Source: Octopus bimaculoides (taxonomy: Eukaryota). From it: 64,000 bases of DNA. Both the position numbers and the translations under genes were made by a program. The first letter of the stretch is position 1; every line of letters starts with the position of its first letter. Shown here one piece after another: positions 12,045-23,146 of the stretch. Below the pieces are notes generated by a model. The model worked only from the letters and a program-made list of their open reading frames with translations. It was not told the origin of the DNA and ran no database searches. The stretch spans positions 156,776,593-156,840,592 of the forward strand of contig NC_068981.1 in NCBI RefSeq assembly GCF_001194135.2, written 5' to 3'.

Positions 12045-14596
12045 GGGCCAGAAATGGTCAAGGAAAAGAAATATAATGGGAGTGACAAAAGAAAATATCC
12101 ATGGTGGAAAAGAAGAATCCAGGCAGGGTTAGATATGCACTAGAAGGAAATTTCTGTGTTAGACCGAAAAGAGAAAGGAGAGCTTAAAAGCGAACAAAAA
12201 TACAGGGCACTGAAAAGGAAGTATAATATTAAAAGAAAGGGCCTGAAAGTGGTAATGGAGGAACTTAAACAGCGCCTCATTGCAAAGAAAGCAAAGATGG
12301 TAAGATACCAAAGAATGAAGGGTTACCACTAGAATATGTTATTCAGAGTAGATTAGAAGAGATTCTATAAAGAAATAAATGGAGTGTGTACAGATGAAAT
12401 GTTGATACCAGATAACATCGAAAGTCAAAGGTTTTGGAGTGATATCTGGAGCAAAGACAAGGAGCACAAGAAAGATGCTGAATGGTTGCAAGAACTGAAA
12501 CAAATAGTAGTCTGTCCAAAACTGGCAGAGCTAGTCATTTCAATGAGGGAAGTGAAGGAAATCATAAAAAAAAGCAACTGGAAGGCCCCGGGACCAGATG
12601 GAGTTCAAGGCTACTGGATCAAAAGATTTGGGGAATGTCATACACGAATAGCTATGCAATTTAACACCTTGTTAAATGCTGACCAAGTAACACCAGAGTG
12701 ATTGACATTGAGTAAGACAGTGCTATGCCTGAAAAACATCGAAAAAGGCAATACGGTAGACAATTACAGGCCGATATCTTGTTTGCCACTTATGTGGAAG
12801 TTATTGACTGGAATACTCGCAGAGTCAATGTACGAACATCTGGGGAAAAAATGGAGTCCTGCCATATGAGCAGAAGGGTTGCAAGTGTAAGTGCAGAGGT
12901 ACCAAGGATCAACTCCTGATAGACAAAACTGTACTTAGAGATTGCAAGAGGAGGAAAAGTAACTTAGCCATGTCATGGATCGACTATCGTAAGGCGTACG
13001 ATATGAGCCCACATTTTTGGATTATGGAGTGTATGAACCTATTTGGTATTGCATCAAATGTTGAGCGATTGCTTGGAAAAAGTATGGCGAATTAGAGGAC
13101 GGACTGGATAGCATACGGAAGAAGCTTAGGGACAGTAGGAATTACGAGGGGCATCTTCCAAGGGACTGCCTGTCCCCACTGATCTTTGTACTGTGCTTGA
13201 TACCACTAACATTGATTCTGTGGAAAGCTAAAGCCGGGTATGTATTCAAAAACCGCCAACAAAAAGTCAACCATTTGTTATTCATGGATGACCTCAAACT
13301 TTATGGTAAAGATGAAGCCCAAGTCAGTTCCCTCGTTGATACGGTGTATACCTTCAGTGCTGATACCGGAATGGAGTTCGGACTGAGAAAGTGTGGTGTG
13401 TTAGTCTTGAAGAGAGGCAAAATCAAATGTATGGACAGGCAAACGATACCGTCGGGGGAGGTTATGAAGCATACGGGCTATAAGTACTTGGGGATTTTGG
13501 AAATGGATAAATTGATGGAGAAAGAAAAATTTAAGGTGGAGTACTTGCGCAGACAGAGACTGAGACGGGGACAGGTTGTTTCAAACGCGACAGAGAGGAG
13601 GAAGATGTCTCATTAGTGAAATGTGTGTGAAGTCTGAGAAAGATAATCTGGCATGGTATGTAAAAAATTCAAAGGAGAGATTGGTGGCAAGAATAAGAAA
13701 GATAAAAGTCCTAAGCAGTGATGAAGCAAACGAAAAGGGAGATTTTATACAAGACAGATAGAATGACACCTTGAATAGATGGGGGTAAAATGTATGGTCA
13801 ATTCTTGCAGGAAATGTCCGAGACAATTGACAAAGATAAGATCTAAGAATAGACTAGGAAAAGCGACTTGAAAGTTGAAACTGAGGCCCTAATCTTCGCA
13901 GCCCAAGAACAGACACTGAGAATGAACTATATCAAGTTCAATATAGACAAGTGACTTCATCACTTTGTAGGTTGTAGGTGAGAAATGTGAAACAATAAAC
14001 CACATTATTAGTAAATGTAAGATGCTTGCACAGAAAGAGTACAAGAGAAGGCACGACAATATTGCCAGATTGGTTCACTGGAAGCTGCGCCATAAGTATG
14101 ACATGGGCAGAAGTGAGAAATTGTATGAGTACCAACTGGAAAGAGTTGCTGAAAACAAACAATATAAGATCAGTGGCTAGAAAATATGACGTTGTAGAAA
14201 AGAAGAACAAAGAAATTATTGTGGATATTGTTTCACTGTTGGACGACAGGGTGAATGAGAAAGAAAATGAGTAAGTTGGGAAATACCATGAACCAAAGAG
14301 GGAAATCAAGAAACTATGGAGAATCGGGTACTTAGAAGTGGTGCCAATTGTGGTTGGGGCACTGGAAGTAGTTAGTAAAAGGTTGGGTGCATGGCTTGAG
14401 AAGCTAAGAATTACCATCAGGACGGCACTGTAGCAGAAACGGCAAGGATTCTAGGCAGAATGGAAGAATGTTGAAGGAGAAGAAATGAGTCAAAGGATCT
14501 TAGGCCATTTGATACGGCTTACCCTTTTGGTATAGTGTCGGTATAACATCAGGCAGAGCAATAGCGTGACGGATGACAATGATAATAAGAATAATC
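12045..14596 (+). mobile_element. Dong/R4-clade (RLE) non-LTR retrotransposon, 5'-truncated and decayed
   Basis: [63 protein letters not shown], a CCHC-like knuckle followed by RRHDNIARLVHW, RLE C-terminus, and an (AAT)-type tail at about 14578-14596. Confidence 0.9.
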
Positions 14597-14818
14597 TGAC
14601 GTATAATAAAACACAACGTGTGTTTCGTCTGTTACGCTGGTAGAAGGAGACTAAAACAACAAACGGAGTAGGAGTGAGTGGTAATCAGAGGTGTTATATG
14701 CAAGTGAACTGTAGTAAAAGGTTTTTTTCTCTGAAGTCGCTGGTATTTTTAATCAAATTAAAACTGCAAATGTTTATTGTAAATTGTATTTGGTTTATCA
14801 GTTTCATACACATACACA

Positions 14819-14953
14819 TATGAGGTGTGATCAATAAGTATCCAGACTGCTGCCATAGTAACGAAGCTAAAGCACGTTGAGTAAAGCTGCTTGACACAGA
14901 TTGATCTTGAACTTTGCTGTGCATGTGCACTAAGCTTTAACGTTCTAGCTCAC
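14819..14953 (+). mobile_element. 5' terminal fragment of a mariner-family element
   Basis: TATGAGGTGTGATCAATAAGTATCCAGACTG...GTAACGAAGCTAAAGCACG...GCTGCTTGACACAGATTGA is homologous to the 5' end of the TIR element at 52559-53124. Confidence 0.65.
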
Positions 14954-15427
14954 TGAAAGGCATAGCCGAGGACAGCATTCGAACCCAGAACGTAAAAACG
15001 GACGAAATGGTATCTTAAGCTGAAAAATAACTTTAAGTGAAATATGACTGCTTTCATACTCAATCCTGTGTCCTTACTTAATTTGCTTGAATAAGTTTTA
15101 TGTTATTCACACAATTAAATTACGAAATATACTATTGAGTTCGTTTGACATGAGACTGTTGTAAACGTATTAGATTGCAACTTCAATTCTTACATGAAAG
15201 ATCAAGGGAAGTTTAGCAGTGTCTAATTAAGACGAATATGCATTCACTAAGAACATTATACGGCTACATTTCAGCCTAGGCTGCGCATGGGAATTCAGGT
15301 AATCAGTTAATATCTAATATTCATTCACACCCACCCACGCGCTCGCACACACGCACACACACACATACATACACACATACACACACACACGACATATGAT
15401 ATAATATGATATATGATATATGTGTGT

Positions 15428-15480
<53 letters not shown>

Positions 15481-15552
15481 TGTTTGTGAGTGTGTGTGTG
15501 TATGATTTTCATCATGTTGAACCGTTAATCCCTACACATTTTTCTCTCTCAA

Positions 15553-15591
15553 TCTTTTCTGTCGAAGAGCGTAGGCTCGAAACGTCAAAGA
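15553..15591 (+). ncRNA. Degenerate minimal type-I hammerhead ribozyme motif in a Penelope-like 3' fragment (about 15530-15690)
   Basis: TTTT-CTGTCGA-A-GAGC(GTAG)GCTC-GAAACGTC-AAAG: core CUGANGA with one substitution, 4-bp stem II, GAAA, palindromic ACGU stem III, C at the cleavage position, and a short stem I. Confidence 0.5.
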
Positions 15592-15997
15592 CCTTTCCAT
15601 TCTTCCCCGAACGTTAAACTAATACACCTACTTGCTGTTCTTTCACCTGTCTTCGTCTTTTGTTCTCTGTAAATTTGAACCATATATATGAAATATATAT
15701 ATACGTACTTTAACGTATTTGTAATGAATGATTATGTTTTGCAATGTTCCTGATGTGAAATCGTGTGCTGAAAGAAATATTGTTATATTTGGGGAATGGT
15801 AATTTTGTTTGTTGTCAATTAATCCTATGCACTATACACTTGTTGTTCACTTCAGCTTTATTATTATTATTATTTTAGTGTCCTTTGTCTGAAATCTTTC
15901 GTCATAAAAGCTGTGACCTCGTTAACGACTATCCATTCCACATGTCTCTTCCTGTTCTGTTTAGTCCAGAGAATGTACTAAACATAACAGAAGGAGA

Positions 15998-16045
<48 letters not shown>

Positions 16046-16046
16046 T

Positions 16047-16077
<31 letters not shown>

Positions 16078-16529
16078 ATTATGTGCAAGCCTTATCATAG
16101 AAAAAAACATACATGTTTTGTTTAAAAGTCAGAAACTGCGGTTTTTCGTCGGGGTATATCCCTTTAAAGAAATATATAGTTGAAATGAAATCAGGGAAGC
16201 GGCAGATACCGTATTTCGCAATACATAATGCTTATCAATGCCGCATTTTCGTGTCACTTCTGAAACTAAATCGAAATCTCTATTCTGAAGTATATACAGA
16301 TAGTGTATAAAATGTTTGCTGATTTCCAGTGGCGGCCCATAAGTAGAATAAATCCAAATTATACCATAGAAGCAGCTCTATATTGTAAACAAATGGTATA
16401 AGCATTACCCTAAGGTTGTAACCGAGGGAGAAAAAATATAATAATACTTTAACAATTTCCAGTACATACAGACAGAACCATCAAAGTTAATAAACCGGAT
16501 AATGTTGTAAAAGATCAAATTAATAACAA

Positions 16530-16820
16530 AGTTTGTTTGTTTATTGACATGAGTATCCCTTGTGATCATAATATTTCGACAAAAGAATTTGACAAGCTCA
16601 GAAAATATAAAGATTTTCTCACTGAAATCGAAAAAATGTGGCATCTCAAGGCGGTTACAGTACCAGTGATTGTAGGAGCGCTAGGAATGACAAAAAGAGG
16701 AACTGAAAATTATTTGAGAATGATCTCTGGCTTACCGTCCCTACAAGAAGTGCAAAAAGATTGCTTTAACTGGTACGTCATATGTATTAAGAACAGCATT
16801 GTTGCTGCGAGAATGATTAC
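16530..16820 (+). mobile_element. 3' RLE-domain fragment of a second Dong/R4-type LINE
   Basis: IDMSIPCDHNISTKEFDKLRKYKDFLTEIEKMWHLKAVTVPVIVGALG. Confidence 0.8.
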
Positions 16821-16896
16821 TTTCGATGTAAGTAATGTATTCTTTACTGTATTTGATATTGTACATGAACAATCAGGTCTGTTTATCTTAATGGCC

Positions 16897-17282
16897 TGTG
16901 GAGGCGCAATAACCCAGTGGTTAGGGCAGCGGACTTGCGGTCATAGGATCACAGTTTCGATTCCCAGACCGGGCATTGTGAGTGTTTATTGAGCGAAAAC
17001 ACCTAAAGCTCCACGAGGCTCCGGCAGGGGATGGTGGCGAACCCCACTGTACTCTTCCACCACAACTTTCTCTTACTCTTTATTTCTGTTGTGCCTGTAA
17101 TTCAAAGGGCCAGCCTTGTCACACTGTGTCACGCTGAATATCCCCGAGAACTACGTTAAGGGTACACGTGTCTGTGAAGTGCTCAGCCACTTGCACGTTA
17201 ATTTCACGAGCAGGCTGTTCCGTTGATCGGATCAACTGAAACCCTCGACGTCGTAAGCGACGGAGTGCCAAGAACAACAACA
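16897..17282 (+). mobile_element. Full-length tRNA-derived SINE family C with (AAC) tail
   Basis: tRNA-like head (A box in CAATAACCCAGTGGTTAGG, B box GTTTCGATTCC), about 300-bp body, AACAACAACA tail. A close second copy lies at 52000-52316 (-). Confidence 0.88.
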
Positions 17283-17389
17283 TCTTAATGGCCTATCAAT
17301 GTACACAGAGAGTTTCTTTGCCCTAGGTGTCGGAAGGCACATTCGCAAGAAATGGAAACAAAATTGAAAGAAGAAAGATAATGAAAATA

Positions 17390-17600
17390 ATGGTCTCAAA
17401 TTTTGGCACAAAACCAACAATTTTGAGGGTAGGGGGCAAGTTGATTACATCGGCCTAAGTGTTCAACTGGTACTTATTTTATCAACCCCGAAAGGATGAA
17501 AGGCAGAGGCGACCTCAGAGGAATTTGAACTCAGAATGTAAACATGTATGAAATGCCGATAAGCATTTTGTCTGGAGTGTTTAACAATTCTGCCAGCTTG
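17390..17600 (-). mobile_element. SINE family B
   Basis: Shared family B motifs in reverse orientation. Confidence 0.75.
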
Positions 17601-17760
17601 CAGACCATTATTATCATTATTTTCCTTCTTTCAATTTTATTTTCATTTCATGCCAAGTACCTTCGTAACGTCTAGGGCAAAGAAACTCACTGTGTACATA
17701 GTTAGGCCATTAAAATAAATTTGTGGAGAGGGGTCTAGTTGATTACACGGACCCCAATGC

Positions 17761-19098
17761 AAAAATATATCCGATGAAACTCGTACCTCTAGTCTTGAAG
17801 ATTATTTTTATTTTTAGTAGAAAATGTTATGCCAAGGCGATATATTTGCTCAAAATTTATTGTATTACATTTCTACTCGGGCTCCCACACGATTCCCACC
17901 TACCAAATTTATTCACAAGGCACTGTTCGGCCTGAGGCTATAGTAGAAGACAGTTGCCCAAAGTGACGCGCAATGGAACTGAACTCAGAGTCATGTGATT
18001 GCAAGCTAGCTTCTTAACCACACAGCCAAACCTGCGTTCGGAAAAAGAATGGGCTTCGTAGGGTTAACTGCTTAACTGGCGCTTATTTTATTGACCCAAA
18101 ATAATAAAATGCAAAGTCGACTTCGACGGAATTTGGTCAGCAAGATTACTAATATTTTTCCAGCTGATTGAACTGGATCAATGAAATGAAGTGCCTTCCT
18201 CAAGAACTCAACGTATCGCCCTTTCCAGGAATGGAAACCACTGTTAGGATCATAAATGCGATACCCTAACCACTAAGCGTGCATCATAAAGGGGTAAGTG
18301 TTGCTTTCCCCAGCAAATTTAATTAAAGATATTTGAATTTTTTGTTTCTTTCTAGGCTTTTGTCACCGTTTTGTACGCTTTTTATGTATCGCCTTGTCCA
18401 GTCTCGGCGCTGTTATCAACACTTTGTCTTCAACGTGCTGTCAGAATTGTTAGTAATTAGCACAACGTGTTTTAAGGTATTTTTCCGAGTCTCTATCTTC
18501 CAAGTTCATTTCTACCTGGGGTCAAGTTTGCCTTCTATTCATCCGGCGATGTTATAATAAAGAAAGCGCCAAGTGCTGGATCGATGGTCTTCATTAACTC
18601 TCCTCCCCTTATAATTGCTTGCCATATGCATTAAACCTGAAAGAAGTACGACTATTGTCAAGAAAAGCAAGGGAGGTTACTCATATCAATTTCAAGCAGA
18701 GTTGTCTGTAATTTCCCTTCAGTGTAATTCTTCAAAAATGAAATACCCAGCATTATGATCCTTTCGCACATTGATAATAAAAATAGAAAAATATATATCC
18801 GATGAAGACTCGTACCTCTAGTCTTGGAGATATTTTAATTTTTATGAGAAAAAGTTATGACAAAGCGATATATTTGCTCAAAATTTATTGTATTACATTT
18901 CCACACGGGCTCCCACACGATTCCCACCTACCAAATTCATTCACAAGTCACTGTTCGGCCTGAGGCTATAGTAGAAGACAGTTGCCCAAAGTGACGCGCA
19001 ATGGAACTGAACTCAGAACCATGTGATTGCAAAGCTAGCTTCTTAGCCACACAGCCAAACCTGCGTTCGGAAAGAGAATGGGCTTCGTAGAGTTTAAC
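17761..19098 (+). repeat. About 310-bp direct duplication (17761-18068 and 18787-19098), each copy containing a minus-strand SINE A
   Basis: The two copies align along their full length, including non-SINE flanks, with scattered substitutions and indels. Confidence 0.9.
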
Positions 19099-19544
19099 AA
19101 ACAGCAATGGTTAAAGAAACAAAAGCTAATGAAATTCAAACACGCTTTAGATATTCTCACTTGTGGTGCCCAGTTAAAGCCTTGAAGCTTACAACTTACA
19201 ACTGCGACCAAGAATTCAGGTTTATTTGCTCAGAAGTCGATACAGCTTAGTGAAGGAAAAGTCTCTGTGGCTTCTGATAATAGAATAATCAGCAGAGCTC
19301 TTTGAACCGCTCCCCTGACTTCTCAGAAGTCCAGGAACTGTTGATGCCTAGAGAATTTTTAGAACTTGGCAAAACACGTCTGTTTCCATGTCTGAAAACA
19401 ACCAATTTCTTCAGGAGGAAAATCCCTTTATCTCCAGCAATGGAGATATGTAAGTAATTTATCGACATTTGACTTAGATTACATTTAATCTCAGAAAATA
19501 ACACAGCGCATTATACTCGACATTCTAACGATTCTGCAAACTCG

Positions 19545-19800
19545 CCATCTTTTACATACATACATACATACATAATGCATACATACATACATACACACAT
19601 ACATACATACATACATACATACATACATGCATACATGTATGTATGTATGTATGTAGGTAGGTAGGTAGGTAGGTAGGTAGGTAGGTTGGTAGGTATATGT
19701 AAGTATGTATATCTGTATGCATGCATGCATGTATGTATGTATATCTGTATGCATGCATGCATGTATGTATGTATGTATGTATGTATGTATGTATGTATGT
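19545..19800. repeat. (ATAC)n followed by (GTAT)n/(GTAG)n compound microsatellite
   Basis: Directly visible. Confidence 0.95.
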
Positions 19801-19819
19801 ACACACAGGCAAATACATA

Positions 19820-21114
19820 TACTGGGAGAATTAAAAAATTACCAGTACTTCTCCCCAGAACTTTTTTGTGGGTTGTCTACATTACTTTCAGCCGCGCGTG
19901 CTAAAAGGTGGTACACTTGTTGTCACATAACTAAGGTTTGACCTTGATCGCTCCAGTTTTTTTTTGTTTTTTTTGTTTTTTTCTTGTGTTACAGAGTTAA
20001 AATGGTTACTCCGCTGGCAGTGCACACTATCTAAGAACAAGGATCAGTGATTCGATTTCTCTGGTCTGAAGGTGTGTCTAGGGCTGAAATTTATCTCAGG
20101 CTTTCAATACGAGCAGCGCTGAACTGTGCAGATGTATAAGTGGATCGAGAAGTTTAAAAATGGCCGAATAAGCGCAAAGCACAAAGAATGAGCAGTACAG
20201 CCACCAACTTCCACTACAGACATGAAAATTCAACAAGATCGATAAATGGTTCTATCGAACCGACGAATGGCCGTCGATGAAGTGGCATGTTTTCTGCATA
20301 TAAGTCACGCTTCCTTGAAATCTGTGCGAGATGGGTACCATGACAGCTTGCTGAAGCGCATAAACTTAACCGTGTGGAGTTCTGTCAACGCTTTCTCAAC
20401 CACTGCAGCGATAAAAGCGAAGCTTTCGTGGGGAGAATAATCAAAGGCTGTAAAATCTGTGTCCATCACTTTGAGCCAGAATTCAAAAGGCAGGAAATGA
20501 AGTGGAAACTCCCGAAATCGCCGTCGAAAAAGAAATTCAAGGCTCAATCTTCAGCAGAAAAAGTGATGCTAACTCTTTTGGGACACGCAAAGGAATCTAT
20601 ACTATAATACATTATCTGGAAAAGGGGTCTACAATTAACCAGTGTAGTCTGCAGTAAAATGCTAGCCAACAATCTGAAACCTGCAATTCGTACCAAACGC
20701 CTAAGTCGATTGTCAAAGCAAATATTATTGTTGCATGACAATGCATGTCCTCGTACAACTGCCCACACCGTTGAAACTATTAAAAAATTGGATTTGTAGT
20801 TACTGGAACACCTTGCATATAGTCCAGATCTTGCCCCTTTCAACTCTCACCTCTCCGGACTGCTCAAACATCCTTTACGATAAGTCATCGATTTGCTACA
20901 GACGAAGACGTGCAGTAAGCGGTGCATAAATGGGTGCGTAACCTACTGAACACTTTCTTTTCCGATGGAATAAAGCAAACTTATGGACCGCTGGAAGAAA
21001 TGCGTCGAAAGTCAAGGAGATTATGTCGAAAAATTATGTAATTGTTCAATCCTTGTTTTTGTTTTAATAAATTACGGAAACAAGAATACGAATAACTTTT
21101 GACTTAGCCTCGTA
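19820..21114 (+). mobile_element. Near full-length (about 1.3 kb) inactive mariner element
   Basis: TA-bounded with degenerate TIRs (3' end ACTTTTGACTTAGCCTCGTA). Translation: FLWSEG...MKWKLPKSPSKKKFKAQSSAEKVMLT...LLHDNACP...HLAYSPDLAP...W..CVESQGDYVEK. Catalytic residues are mutated and there are many frameshifts. Confidence 0.9.
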
Positions 21115-21714
21115 TATGTACATGTACCTATCTATATATACATTCATATATACATATATATGTATATTTATACGTGTGTGTATGTGTGTATGTGTGCGCG
21201 CGTGCGTGTGTGTATGTGTGCGTCCGTGCGTGTATGCGTGCGTCCGTGCGTCCGTGTGTGGCGTGCGTGGCGTGCGTGTGTGTGTNNNNNNNNNNNNNNN
21301 NNNNNNNNNNNNNNNNNNNNNNNNNNNNNNNNNNNNNNNNNNNNNNNNNNNNNNNNNNNNNNNNNNNNNNNNNNNNNNNNNNNNNNNNNNNNNNNNNNNN
21401 NNNNNNNNNNNNNNNNNNNNNNNNNNNNNNNNNNNNNNNNNNNNNNNNNNNNNNNNNNNNNNNNNNNNNNNNNNNNNNNNNNNNNNNNNNNNNNNNNNNN
21501 NNNNNNNNNNNNNNNNNNNNNNNNNNNNNNNNNNNNNNNNNNNNNNNNNNNNNNNNNNNNNNNNNNNNNNNNNNNNNNNNNNNCGTACAAGGTTGTTTAT
21601 TTTCTAAAGCTTCTTAAACGTCACCTACTGTAATGAAGGACTCGTCGCAGATTAAATGACGTAAAAATCGGTAACCTGACTGAGAGTGATTCTTTCTTCG
21701 GGGTAACTGTGATA

Positions 21715-22030
21715 TTAGTCAGTTCACTACCACAACGAGGCACCTTGGGCAAGTGTCTTCTACTAAAGCGTCGGGCCGACCAAAGCCTTGTGAGTGGATT
21801 TGGTAGACGGAAACTGAAAGAAGCCCGTCGTATATACATATATATATATATATATACGGTGTTGGTGTGTTTACGTCCCCGTCACTTAGCGGTTTGGCAA
21901 AAGTCACCGATAGAATAAGTAGCAGGCTTAACAAAAAATAAATAAGTACCGGGATCGATTCGTTCGACTAAAACAAACTGTTCGAAGCGGTGCACCAGCA
22001 TGGCTGCAGTCAAATAACTGATACAAAAAA
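21715..22030 (+). mobile_element. Composite SINE family A (5' module + internal (AT)n + 3' module)
   Basis: GCACCTTGGGCAAGTGTCTTCTACT...GAAGCCCGTCG, then (TA)n, then GTGTTTACGTCCCCG...CAGCATGGCTGCAGTCAAA. Confidence 0.85.
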
Positions 22031-22775
22031 AAAAGTTGTTTAAAAATGTTTCTAAGAATTGTCGAAAGCTTATGAGACACAATTAATTCCTCTGTGACTA
22101 TTCATTTAGGAAAGTGAAAACATCTATTTAAAAAAAATCGCACTAGAAGAAAGTTTCATTCTATGCTAAGTATAAAGAATACACCTGAGAGAGAGAGAGA
22201 GAGAGAGAGGCGAAGAGAGAGATAGGGAGAGAGAGAGAACGTATGTGTGTGTGTGTACGCACGCGCGCGCCTGTGCATATATTACGAATAAAACAGATTC
22301 ATTTGAAGCCACTACAAAAATGAAATCTTTGCTTTCTTTTTCGATGTTGAAATTCATTGGTCATTAATCAAGGATTGATAACGAAAATAAAGAATTTTTT
22401 AATGCAACGTCACATATTCGACAAAGTCGGCAAGGCGCGGGCATAGCTATGTTGGTAAGATGCTCGTTTTGCAACCACGTGTTTCCGAGTCCGGTCCCAC
22501 TGCATGGCACCTTGCGCATGTCTTCTATTTTAACCCCGGTAGGACCAATTTCTTGTGAATGAATTTGATTGACAGAAACTTTATGGGAGCACGTCGTGCA
22601 TATATACATAAGCATATATGTGGGTCTATCTTTGTAGCTGTCTTTGCACCCCACTTCATTCCCACTGTTTGACGACAGGTTTTAGTTTGTTCATGTTCCT
22701 GTAACATAACGGTCTAGCAAGTGAGAACGATAGAATAGGTAGCAGACTTCAAAAAATAAGTACTGGGGTCGATTT

Positions 22776-23146
22776 CAGTTCTAAATTTAAGAGATGAGGA
22801 ATTATGTACATTATTTACATTATTTATATTTGAGAGATATTTGTCCTCATCCGTTTGTTGTTAACACAACGTTTTTCGGCCGATATACCCTCCAGCCTTC
22901 ATCAGATGTCTTGGGGAAATTTTGAACCTGGGTTCTCATTCCTAAGGTATTTTTTGATGTTGTTATCATTATTATTATTATTAAGGTCACTGCCTGGAAT
23001 CGAACTAGGAATCTCGGGGTTAATAGCCTACGCTCTTAACCACTACGCCATATGCCCGTGGGCATATGGCGAAACGTTGTGTTAACAACAAACAAGATGA
23101 GGACAAATATCCATCAAATATAAATAATGTAAATAATGTAAATAAT
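22776..23146 (-). mobile_element. tRNA-headed, hammerhead-containing SINE/retrozyme-like element with inverted terminal segment and 11-bp TSD
   Basis: Minus strand: A box TGGCGTAGTGG (23050-23040), B box GTTCGATTCC (23005-22996), (AAT)n spacer, hammerhead at 22910-22863, 3' end at 22776. TSD GGGGTCGATTT at 22765-22775 and 23147-23157. Confidence 0.8.
22863..22910 (-). ncRNA. Minimal type-I hammerhead ribozyme (this copy has 2 extra A in the GAAA core)
   Basis: GACAU-CUGAUGA-A-GGCUG(GAGGGUAUAU)CGGCC-GAAAAACGUU-GUGUU: exact CUGAUGA core, 5-bp stem II, stem I GACAU/GUGUU, ACGU palindromic stem III. Confidence 0.72.

Noticed and set aside
16897-16975. tRNA genes (also 52245-52316 and 22985-23057)
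   Set aside because: A and B boxes are present, but there is no complete cloverleaf with a paired acceptor stem and each continues into a repeat body; these are SINE heads.
18797-18830. Hammerhead-like CCGATGA-AGACT...AGTCT (also at 17771)
   Set aside because: A stem II-like hairpin exists, but the core is CCGAUGA and the GAAA and stems I/III are missing in both copies.
17761-19098. LTR retrotransposon bounded by the direct repeats
   Set aside because: No TG...CA ends, primer-binding site, polypurine tract or gag/pol remnants were seen.
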